Assembly (NCBI GenBank): GCA_946965045.2
Contig: OX337230.1
Location: forward strand, 3,658,001-3,722,000
DNA: 64,000 nucleotides
From: Epithemia pelagica
Lineage: Eukaryota; Protista; Bacillariophyta
Direction: 5' to 3'
Shown: positions 51,030 to 60,524 of the stretch, piece after piece
How the letters are laid out: the number at the start of each line of letters is the position of its first letter
How positions within the stretch are numbered: position 1 is the stretch's first letter
Program-made: the position numbers and the translations under genes
Notes under the pieces: generated by a model
What the model was told of the DNA's origin: nothing
Database searches by the model: none
Seen by the model: only the letters and a program-made list of their open reading frames with translations

Positions 51030-51230
51030 GGATTTTTTGGTCTGTCGATCCATCGGAGATGGGTCCAATGGCGAAACCAAGTCAAGCCAGCACAATGCCA
51101 TAACAAGCGCTCCATGGAAGCCAGTTGGATTTTTGGTCTGTCGAACCATCGGAGATGGGTCCAATGGCGAAACCAAGTCATCCTACTAGAAGCCAGCACA
51201 ATGCGATAACAAACGCTCCATGGAAGACAG
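51030..51230. repeat. About 2 copies of a 96-bp unit plus a partial third
   Basis: GGTCTGTCGA(T/A)CCATCGGAGATGGGTCCAATGGCGAAACCAAGTCA at about 51039 and 51135. Confidence 0.85.
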
Positions 51231-51408
51231 TCGCTCTCCGTGTTGTGTGGAGGTGCGAACGTATTCAACGAATCATTCATGGACCATGACGCATAATACT
51301 AGGTTTGCATGGTTCGCATTCCCCCTCTCCTCCTCTTCTCAACGATGGCCTTTTTTCATGGTGCATTGCTCCACAAGATGTGGTCAAAATAGTCCGAAAG
51401 ATGATGCT

Positions 51409-51525
51409 GCATGCTCTGGCAACACGTCCGCGGTGAAATCATGCTGCTGATGTGGCATGCTCTGGCAACACGTCCGCGGTGAAATCATGCTGCTGATGTG
51501 GCATGCTCTGGCAACACGTCCGCGG
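51409..51525. repeat. 2.5 perfect copies of a 46-bp unit
   Basis: GCATGCTCTGGCAACACGTCCGCGGTGAAATCATGCTGCTGATGTG starts at 51409, 51455 and 51501. Confidence 0.95.
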
Positions 51526-52149
51526 CACGTGCCTATTCGGAACGCGAAACTACCGATAGATGCTTCTAAGCAATGGGTAGATGGACGACTCGATAGCAGT
51601 GAACGATGGGATATCCATTCGACATTCGAGTAAATCCACTATCGATCCACTGTCATCCAACCTGTAATGGAGAATCTTGAAACAACACCTCAGTAGCTCG
51701 ACCAGATGTTGGACCCTGAACGAGAACCTGCCGATAGATGCTTCTAAGCAAAATGGGTAACTGAAAGCGAAAGCAGATTCTCCCTATCAAACGAATATGG
51801 ATGGACTGGTAAAACGTGCGTTCGATCCGTTTATTACTCAAGTCTTCCACAGTGTATTTTACCTACCGTACACCGTTTGTATCAGGGATCATCCGTCGAC
51901 TCGAACTACCTAGGTATTAGTACTCCCATGTGTATTCGGCGAAGAGTCACATCAGAAGCCCCCCTTGAATCGCCATATCATATTCGAATCCGAGAGGTTT
52001 CAGTGGTGATACCGAGACAAGGGTCATTCGAATGGAGGAATCATTCCTCCATTCTCTCTACTAGTCTAGAGCGGCGCGAAGTGGTGGTATTCGCCTCGTG
52101 TCCAGTGGTTGGCGCTTCGACAACGACGTTTACTGGTCCATGCACGAGA

Positions 52150-52700
52150 GTGCTGGGCGTCGAGACCATTGGCACAATGCTGCTCCATTGATACAATTGC
52201 TACGAGACAGGATTGTGCATGTCCACCTTTTGGTTGTAGAGGATGGTAGGGAGATGACATGCTTTTGGATACCTAGAATAGACCCAACGTTGGACCGCAA
52301 ACTACGCCCCGATTGTGTGGTCGCAATTTCGGGGCCTTTTCTTATGGGAGTAGTAGATAGCGATACGGTCCGCATTGGCTGACATAGATGCAGTTAACCC
52401 ACAAGAGAGAAAAGGTGATCTTCATTGTCTCTCTATACTGATGGTAGAGCTACCATCGATCGAAGACAACCACCAATTCGTAACCCAGGCCTCGTGTGTG
52501 GACTTCCTAGTATGACTTGTCGAATGAAGGGGCAATCCTCCAGTGTGTGTAAAGGGATGCCCTTTGTTACTATCATCCCATGAATGATCATGCAGAGCTT
52601 CCATTGTATTTCTCTGCAACTTGGAAGAAATCCTTCTGGTTTCTAGGAGGAATTTTGGAGCTACTCCTGCTTCTATGATAGAGGAGTATATGATGGTCCT
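52150..52700. repeat. Diverged direct repeat of about 55245-55790
   Basis: Shared blocks GTCGAGACCATTGGCACA, TTGTAGAGGATGGTAGGGAGATGACATGC, CTAGAATAGACCCAACGTTGGACCGC, GCCCCGATTGTGTGGTCGCAATTTC. Confidence 0.85.
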
Positions 52701-52919
52701 AGTCTAGGTAGGTCAATGCCTTAAGTGAGTCACATTTCCTGATGGCATTCACGAATGCCCGGTCCTTTTTTTTGCACCCGTCGCGATAGAATGGGCCCTC
52801 AGTGGTTCTCTTCATCAGTTGAACTAAAACAACCCTGATTTCGACATTGGACGACGAGAGAGTGTGAAGAAGCCGCGTTTTGCTTTCTTAGGATATTCCC
52901 GTAAAAGAGAACAGGCGCA

Positions 52920-54530
52920 ATGTCGTTGAAGCGGCCGAAATTGGGTCAAGCACAGCACATGACTCTGTCGCACCTGGTGGTGGACCTCGGCGCTGTAATT
53001 CCAAACTTGTCACGGGACAAGGCAGGCTTGCAGAGTTCTGCTCACACCCAAGACACTGGGCATAAAGACGCCGCCATCCTGACAGACATGTACCGGAGAA
53101 AAGCGATTGATATTCCGCAGTTGCTGTCGGAGGGCAACATTTACACCGATTACACCGACACACAGCCGTCCAGTCTTTTGGATTGTCTCCAAAATAAACC
53201 ATCGCTGGTGTATCAGAACGAAACCGAAGTCCAACTTTTTGTTATGGACGCCCTAAGAGATGCAATCAAGTTACTGGGTCTCGCTAGTGATCTCACGGTG
53301 CGTCCAGACATTTCCCTCTTCTCCGACCGGCCCGACAGTGTCGTGGTGACACACTCGGTTTGGGGTATCATTTTAGTTGTTGAGGTCAAGAAGCTAGGCA
53401 TGGACGTATTTACATCGCACAGCGTTGGTGGGCAGATTTACGACCATCTGGTCGGTATGCTGGTCAGAGGAGTTTCGCGACCATTGGCAGTTTTGTCCTC
53501 CTATGAGCAAATGGTGATTGCTCACCTTGACGACGATGGTAGGTCCAGACAATTGCTAGAACAAGTTGCAGGCGCCATGGGGGATGATATGGCAGACGAG
53601 ATTTCCTTCTTGAGAAGAGACGATAGAAGCCCGTTGCCGAATGTAAATTCTGTGTTTTCGGGCGTCAGCCACCAAGCGGTAAAGATTGCAGCTTCTGATT
53701 GCAAATTCAAAGACACTCAGGACGATGACGATGTCAATGACGACGACGACGATTGGAATCGCGCTCTCTGGTACAGCAAAGTAGTTGAGCGGGATGACAT
53801 TTTGAAGAGCCTCTTACTGGCGAGTCGTTGCGGAATAAAATCGTGCATGTCGTCGCCACGGGTTCCGCTTCCTTTGCAAGGCGATTCTCCTTCCCTTGCC
53901 TGTATCCGAGTGAACGAGACTGGAATGATTTGGTGTGATTTGCCTTCAACAGTGGTAATTGACTACCATTTGTTTCCAGGAGAGCCGAGTGATAGTTTCT
54001 ACCTTTTGCGTGACCTTGGAAAAGGGAGTAGTGGACGAGCGTTCTTGGCGTGCAACTCTGGTGGAAAAACAGTGGTTGCAAAGTTTTTCCTTGTCAGGAA
54101 CAATGAGGCTCATAGAACTCGCGAAAGCGCTCACGTGCGCCAGCAGCAGCGTATGTTGCTCTTGGAAGTGAGGAAGGAGGAGGCCACGACAGAGATGAGG
54201 TATTGGGAGACTGTATACGGTGGAACGTATAGTGTTCGGATGATGAAACTGTATGGGCATTGGTGCCTGTTGCTTCCATATTTCGACTCCCTTGTAAGCG
54301 TCGAAGCGAGGAAGGCCGCTCTACCCCGTATTCGGTCAAATTTGGAACACTTCAAAAGGCTCAAGTTCCGGTACAAGACGGAAGATATCCATTGGCGGCA
54401 TGTCGGGACCCGAGGAGAGAACGAAATCTGCCTTTTTGACTTTGGATCCCTGGAGAAATGCGAGAATGCTGCGTCCATTGATGTAGAGGCACAGTTGCGA
54501 ATTCTCCAAGACACCGTTGAGACACCTTGA
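52920..54530 (+). CDS. Restriction-endonuclease-fold (PD-(D/E)xK) plus protein-kinase-like protein, Crinkler/CR-effector-like architecture
   Basis: E.EVQ..V...RPDSVVV...ILVVEVKK...GQIYDHL...VLSSYE in the N-terminal half. LGKGSSG, VVAKF, DIHWRHVG and FDFGS in the C-terminal half. Intronless, 536 aa. Confidence 0.65.
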   Translation: MSLKRPKLGQAQHMTLSHLVVDLGAVIPNLSRDKAGLQSSAHTQDTGHKDAAILTDMYRRKAIDIPQLLSEGNIYTDYTDTQPSSLLDCLQNKPSLVYQNETEVQLFVMDALRDAIKLLGLASDLTVRPDISLFSDRPDSVVVTHSVWGIILVVEVKKLGMDVFTSHSVGGQIYDHLVGMLVRGVSRPLAVLSSYEQMVIAHLDDDGRSRQLLEQVAGAMGDDMADEISFLRRDDRSPLPNVNSVFSGVSHQAVKIAASDCKFKDTQDDDDVNDDDDDWNRALWYSKVVERDDILKSLLLASRCGIKSCMSSPRVPLPLQGDSPSLACIRVNETGMIWCDLPSTVVIDYHLFPGEPSDSFYLLRDLGKGSSGRAFLACNSGGKTVVAKFFLVRNNEAHRTRESAHVRQQQRMLLLEVRKEEATTEMRYWETVYGGTYSVRMMKLYGHWCLLLPYFDSLVSVEARKAALPRIRSNLEHFKRLKFRYKTEDIHWRHVGTRGENEICLFDFGSLEKCENAASIDVEAQLRILQDTVETP

Positions 54531-54689
54531 ACTTTTTGCGTAGTGGTAAATGGTGGCTTTCAGTTGACGCTTCCGAGTACGTCTCGTACGAGAAATCACC
54601 TTTCTCCCTGGGAGGGCTTTATCGAGATTTCCCTCCAAAATCAGTGTAACGTTTGGCGAGTCCGCGCAAACGACCAACAACAACAAGAA

Positions 54690-55200
54690 GAAGAACAAAG
54701 AGCACCCAATGGGGAACAAGTCTGCGAAACCGGTTCCTGTACAAGGCGTGGAAACAGCGTTGTATCCCATCCAGTATGACTTAAAGTCCCCTTGATGATC
54801 GAAAGGCTCATCAAGGGGCCTTTACGTGATCCTTGATGGGTTGCAACGCTGTTTCCAAGTCTTGCAGAAAGTTGGTTCCAAAAGAAGGGGGGACTCGTGT
54901 CGCCAGGACAAGAACGGTGCCGATTCCAACGAATGGCGGCCACACGAAGTTAGAATGGGTCAGGCTGTGCTGGTCGTTACGAGGGAGGATGCGGCACCGT
55001 ACCATGTGAGTTTGGACGGACGCGCCTATGTGTTGGTATAGGTAGTTGCTGCTCGAACTGAAGGAACGGATTGTTCATTGTATGGAGGGTTTGAACCAGC
55101 AGCTTGCCAAAAATGTCGTCCATGACACCATCGACGACCAAGATTCGAGTCACCATGTTTGTTCTCGGCTCGGTAATACTACTTTGGCCATTTTCCAAAC
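54690..55200 (-). pseudogene. Decayed coding-like fragment, inverted copy of about 61237-61760; third partial copy at about 61960-62260
   Basis: Minus strand GGAAAATGGCCAAAGTAGTA...GACTCGAATCTTGG...GACGACATTTTTGGCAAGCTGCTGGTTCAAACCCTCCATACA matches the plus strand at 61240-61360; frames are broken in all copies. Confidence 0.7.
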
Positions 55201-56065
55201 ACAATCATCCAAAGCCCCGGAATCGCCATGTGATATTCAAAGTGGTTGTCGAGACCATTGGCACACTGGTCCAGTGATACAGCAAATGCTTTGATACAGG
55301 ATTGTGCACATCGATATGATCCGCCTTTTGATTGTAGAGAGGATGGTAGGGAGATGACATGCGTTTGGAGACCTCTAGAATAGACCCAACGTTGGACCGC
55401 CAAAGTCTATGCCCCGATTGTGTGGTCGCAATTTCCGGGCCTTATAGATAGCAATACGGTCCGCATTGTCTAACACAGATGTATCGTAGTTAACCCGCAA
55501 GTGAGACAAGGTTTTGTTGTTTCTTTGGATCCGCTAGTGACCAGCAAGAGCAGAGATATTGCAGAGCTACCATCGATCGGAGCCAACCACCAATTCGTAA
55601 AACGCCTGTTGTGTGGACTACTATCGCTTGCTGAATGGGGAGGCAATCCTCAAGTATGTGCAAAGGGTTGTCGTCGGTCCTTTACCAACATTCCGACCTT
55701 CCATGGTACTCCTAGGACAGTATTTCTCTGAAACTAAAAGAGCTAGTCTACTCCTACTCCTATATATGATAGTCCTACGAAAAAGTCTAGAGGACTTGCA
55801 TGCGTCACGTTTCGTTATGGCGCGCGCATGGCATTCACGAGAGTGACCGGTTCTATCTTTCGTATACTATATAGTGTACATGTAGACTGTAAATGTAAAG
55901 GTTTCGTTGGTTGGGTAAGATTCGGCCCAACACATACCGTCTCCATTTTCGTTTGGACAAAGGCGAAATCGTCTTTGGGGGTATATGCTGCTGATTGGCA
56001 TTTCGCCTTTCGCATTTCGTGGCTCTAGAGGTGTATTACTCGTAGGCCAAGAGAGGACCAGAACA

Positions 56066-57847
56066 ATGACAAGGACAAACGTCCAAGCACCCAACAGTGC
56101 GGAGTCCTTGTCCTTGTCCTTGTCGTTTGGCAATAAAGTCCATCGCAGCAGCAGCAACAAGGACAGCAGGACGTTCCAGGACGATGTCGAACAAGGACTG
56201 GGTTGGAAGCATCCACCAAAGACCAACAAGAAGGACAAGGACGACACGGCTGTCGTCATCTCTTCCAGTAACCATGACAGCAACAACCATAGCGACAACA
56301 AGGAACACGGCACAATCAGCAACCAGCAGGACAAAAAGGACCATAGGACGACGACGACGACGACGCCCATTCCTCCCCATGTCTACGTCTTGCTCGGTTT
56401 GTCGACCCTTTCCGTATCCGCCTGGGGCCCGTTATTGGAATTGCAAGGCTCTGTGGCATCCCCCATGCTTCAGGTGGTCTGGCACATGTCTGCGACTGCC
56501 CTTTTCGTGATTCCACTAGTCATGGGTCGATGGATGTACAAACTCTTGGGTTTCAAACAGCCGCATACTGGTTGCTGTCAGACCACGGACGTTCGCACCC
56601 GAACGACAGGATCGTCGTCGTCGTCGTCGTCGTCGTCTTGTGCGGTGTGTACTTCCTCCATGTCGTCGTCGTGTACGTGTTCTTCGTCCTCGTGTCCCTG
56701 GCCGACCTTTGCCTGGCTCGTACTGGTTTCGGCCCTTTGTTATACACTGGTCTGTCACGGCTTTGCCGTCGCCTTGCACTCGACAAATCTCAGTACAGCC
56801 GTGACATGGAGCAATTCCCATTCGGTGTGGTTGTTGGTGGGTCAGCACTATTATTATTTTGGAAACAACAAGACCAACAAGAAGCAGCAACAACCACCAG
56901 GTCGGTCTCAACAACAATGGGGTGCTGGAATGGCAATCGTGGGTGTCCTATTGCTCTGTCTCGCCTCGTCAGCCTCCTCTTCATCCTTGTCCTTGTCATC
57001 GGCCTCGGCCTCCCAGCAGTACCTGGTACCCACACAATGGGACGTCAACAACAACGAGGAAGCCGCAGCACTACCGTATACGACCGACGACTGGCCTGGA
57101 AACGACGAGTCTGCCGAATTCCCCACCACCAGCACTAGTGCCGCATCCTCCACCATACATTCGTCATGGTGGTGGGGTCATGGGGCAGCCCTGCTGTCGG
57201 CCATGGGAGGGGTGGGATATGGATGGTATGCTCCTCGTCTCCGATGTGCCACATGCAATCTGGTCGACTTTGGGGCCAGTCTCCTCTTGGTGAGTGCCGC
57301 GTGTTCGTGGCTCCTCTTCTTCTTCATGTCATCGTCTGGAGTCCAGTCGTGTACATGGGATTGGCATGTCCAACAGGGAATCTTATTTGGTTGGATGTCG
57401 ACCCAGGATTGGGATCGGTTGCCCTTGGAACTTGTGTTGGTGGTGGTCTGTCATGGTTGTGGTGTCTTGGGATATTGGTATTGTGTGCCCTATTTTCAAC
57501 CACCAGCACAAAACCCACAACAACCACCAGCACAACAACCACATCAACAACTGTGTCACAGGACCAATCATCCCAAGACGTCGCTCGTCTTGACCATGGC
57601 AGCTCTCTCGGAACCCCTACTGGCCCAAATCGTGTCGTTGTTCGTGTCGTCCTATGGGCGGTGGTCGGTGTCGTCGTCCACGGCGGCCACCACCATTCCT
57701 TGGTGGTCGTCCTTGTCCACAACGTGGATGGATCCCTGGACCTGGGTGGGCAATGTCATGGTCTGGATGGGAACCTATACCTTGGTGGTCAACAGCAGTC
57801 CATCCCCCTCCCATTCGTCGTGGGTGCGAACGCATCCTTCCCACTAA
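56066..57847 (+). CDS. EamA / drug-metabolite (DMT) superfamily membrane transporter with low-complexity insertions
   Basis: About 10 hydrophobic segments: LLGLSTLSVSAWGPLL, PMLQVVWH, FAVALHSTNLSTAVTWSNSHSVWLL, GHGAALLSAMGGVGY, LSEPLLAQIVSL, GNVMVWMGT. ATG at 56066. Confidence 0.75.
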   Translation: MTRTNVQAPNSAESLSLSLSFGNKVHRSSSNKDSRTFQDDVEQGLGWKHPPKTNKKDKDDTAVVISSSNHDSNNHSDNKEHGTISNQQDKKDHRTTTTTTPIPPHVYVLLGLSTLSVSAWGPLLELQGSVASPMLQVVWHMSATALFVIPLVMGRWMYKLLGFKQPHTGCCQTTDVRTRTTGSSSSSSSSSCAVCTSSMSSSCTCSSSSCPWPTFAWLVLVSALCYTLVCHGFAVALHSTNLSTAVTWSNSHSVWLLVGQHYYYFGNNKTNKKQQQPPGRSQQQWGAGMAIVGVLLLCLASSASSSSLSLSSASASQQYLVPTQWDVNNNEEAAALPYTTDDWPGNDESAEFPTTSTSAASSTIHSSWWWGHGAALLSAMGGVGYGWYAPRLRCATCNLVDFGASLLLVSAACSWLLFFFMSSSGVQSCTWDWHVQQGILFGWMSTQDWDRLPLELVLVVVCHGCGVLGYWYCVPYFQPPAQNPQQPPAQQPHQQLCHRTNHPKTSLVLTMAALSEPLLAQIVSLFVSSYGRWSVSSSTAATTIPWWSSLSTTWMDPWTWVGNVMVWMGTYTLVVNSSPSPSHSSWVRTHPSH

Positions 57848-58213
57848 TCCCAATACGGGCCTGGCAGCAGCAGCAAGAGTTGCCAAAAGGAACCAAAGAA
57901 CAACCCCGCATTGGTTGGATCGAAACGAGTATCGACCTGTCCCATGCAAGTGAGCTCTGGTCCAACGTTTGTTCCTCCCACGATCCTACTACTACAACGA
58001 AAGAACGAGCCATGACGGTTCATCGTTTGGAGAGACCAAATGGACCCGTGTCGTCCCTGTCGTCGTCGTCGTACCAGTATCCTCTGGGCATGAACTCGAA
58101 TATAATAGCTGGACGGATTTGCAAGCCGTATCGACCACAGCGCCGACAGGGACAGCAGCAGCATGACAGCAAACAAAACCAAGCTCCAAGCCTTGGAAGA
58201 GGACCACACTTGG

Positions 58214-58600
58214 TCATCCTCCCAGGGCTTGTCGGTGCGACCACGGTCCTTGCGACGACGACAAAATGGTTTGAAATTCAGTCGCTTCCTTCCAAACGTG
58301 TAGTGGTTGCCCAATAGCACCTTGGTCCTCGGTCAATCGACCAAAGACAAAGCGGGTTCCCGATGTTCCGCCCATGCCAATGCGAACTTGCGAATTGACA
58401 AAGGTGGTGTCCAATACGACACTACTGGTGGGACCCACTTGCCAATCCAACCAGGACCTTCTTCTTCGTCTTCTTGTCGTCGTCGTGGAGGCTCGACCCG
58501 GTCGGACCAGGATTCGAGGAGCATCAAACAAGGCTTGTACGGCCAATGGCGACCAGGGTCGTATTTGCAAGTTTGGAGGGTCCTCCCTGTTGTTGTTTTG
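58214..58600 (-). pseudogene. Displaced PAP/fibrillin core segment
   Basis: SPLAVQALFDAPRIL...QVGPTSSVVLDTTFVNSQVRIGMGGTSGTRFVF, which resembles the last strands of the fibrillin/lipocalin-like barrel. Confidence 0.6.
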
Positions 58601-59258
58601 CAAACTCATGTGGATGCCTTTTTGGAACAGTTCTGTTTGGAACATGTCTGGACGACGGTTCGACGACCTGTTGGGGACGACCGATTGCCACTTTGGTACG
58701 GACGGCGGTCCGTGAGAGATGGACCCTGCCACTGGAGGCCCGAGGCCGTGGAACTCCACACAGTGCCCACGGAGAGAGAGAGAGAGAGTCCAGAGTGCCG
58801 CAGTCCAGTTGGATCCAATTCTCGTGAGTTTCCGCGGCACCTCATCCAACACAAATGCCAATGCCGTCGTGTAGGACCCAAACGTGAAGGAATGGGCCGA
58901 CCTGTCTATGCCGATTTGCCAATGGAATATCTCGTATTGGTCCTTTCCAACAAGACAACAAACGAAGGATCAACCGAAGGACGGCGACGCGGCCAATGGC
59001 AGTAGCAGTGATAATTTCGACGTGGAGGACACTAAAGAGAGGTGGGTTCATCAAAATCATGTCTCGGAACAAGAGGAGGAAAAGCCTTTCCTGGAGGCCG
59101 TGACAGAAACAAACGTTTGGAACATATGGCGGAATAACTATTGTCGTGGCACACAGGCATCGGGTAACAAGTAGCTCTACGCTAGTTTCTCGTGCTCGTA
59201 ACGCATGTATTAGGTCAAAGTCCAACCACCGCATAGATATAGAACAGGGACTGGCATG

Positions 59259-60524
59259 TTAGGGGGAGTCGGTTGCGGCCGAGGATGGATTCCTCCTCCT
59301 GACTTGTGGTTGTCGTCGTCGTTGTTGCTGTTCAATGCCACCTCTCGACACGGCCAAGGCCAGGGTCAAGAGGGTTCCCACAGCCGTCATGGACCAGCCC
59401 AACGTCTGAATCAATCCCTGCAACCCGGTCACCACCAGCATGGAGGAGGGACGAATCCAACGACCTACCAGTGAGGCCACGAGACCTCCCGCAAGCGCCA
59501 GGACCAAGGCCGTCAGTACAGCACCCAAGAATGCCGTCGTGTTGTGGTTGTTGTTTGTCGGAGCAGCACTACTACTCGCAGTAAGGGTCTGCTGGGACGC
59601 CGGAATGCAATCGCCTCGCAACAAGACTAGGATTCGAATCCAATCCCCCCACACGGACAGGGACACGACATTGACAGCTTCGGCCACCACAGCAACATTT
59701 GGCTCTGGTTGTGGTTGTGAACTTGTTGTATCATTGGTGGTGGTTTCTCGTTCCAGGGCACCGATTCCAGTCGTATTGGGAGGCAGGACATGTTGAAACA
59801 AGTATCGCGTTTGGGGAATCCAAAAGGCTCGTGCCGACGCTCCAAACCGACGTAACCACCCAGAGGATTCTTTGGGTCGTTGTCCCTCTGGCTGCTTGGA
59901 TCGCCGCCGACGCGTCCATTTTCCTCCCACTGGATTGTTGGTATCATTCTTGGCGAGTGGCAAGACGTACGAGACATTGTACAAACCAAACACCGGTTCC
60001 AAGGACGACGACATGGTGCTGCCAGCTACCAAATCATCACTCGAGTGCTCCAGCTGTGCCACCAGGCGAGCGACAGTCTCGCGTTGCGACGGATCCTCCT
60101 CCGTGCCTTGTGGTTGTTTGTCCTGGTCTTTGCGTTCTTGCACCGTTTCCAGCAAGGCTTGTGCTACCATTTCCTGTTGTTGCTCGTCCATTATCATCCT
60201 GGTTGTGGTTTCGTCGTCGTCCGACGAGCGTCTTGTCGTAACGGCCAATGGCAGCCCTCGTGGATGCTCCTGGATGGTGGTCGTTCTCATTGAAACCGAC
60301 GATGGAGGATTCGTCCATGTGGTGGTGCTGGTGATCACGGGCCGTTGTTTCACTGGCGAGCCACTCCTTGATTTCGTTGGTATGGAGGATGACGATGATG
60401 CGATCCATCCAGCACCCTCCACAATGGACCACCACTCTGCAAACACAACCACAACAACAAGGACGACATGGTAATGCATCCTCCTCCTCGTTGGCAGTCT
60501 TCTCCCAGCCATGGACAACGACAT
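59259..60524 (-). CDS. PAP/fibrillin-like protein, N-terminal part plus hydrophobic tail
   Basis: Signal peptide, LVAQLE, GLYNVSYV, NPVGGKW, LFQHVLP, AVNVVSL, LLRGD, then TM-like segments ending SRGGIE. Confidence 0.6.
   Translation of the reverse strand: MSLSMAGRRLPTRRRMHYHVVLVVVVVFAEWWSIVEGAGWIASSSSSIPTKSRSGSPVKQRPVITSTTTWTNPPSSVSMRTTTIQEHPRGLPLAVTTRRSSDDDETTTRMIMDEQQQEMVAQALLETVQERKDQDKQPQGTEEDPSQRETVARLVAQLEHSSDDLVAGSTMSSSLEPVFGLYNVSYVLPLAKNDTNNPVGGKWTRRRRSKQPEGQRPKESSGWLRRFGASARAFWIPQTRYLFQHVLPPNTTGIGALERETTTNDTTSSQPQPEPNVAVVAEAVNVVSLSVWGDWIRILVLLRGDCIPASQQTLTASSSAAPTNNNHNTTAFLGAVLTALVLALAGGLVASLVGRWIRPSSMLVVTGLQGLIQTLGWSMTAVGTLLTLALAVSRGGIEQQQRRRQPQVRRRNPSSAATDSP

Noticed and set aside
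187-51525. Tandem arrays as CRISPR-like loci
   Set aside because: The units are contiguous with no unique spacers, no cas genes are present, and the context is eukaryotic.
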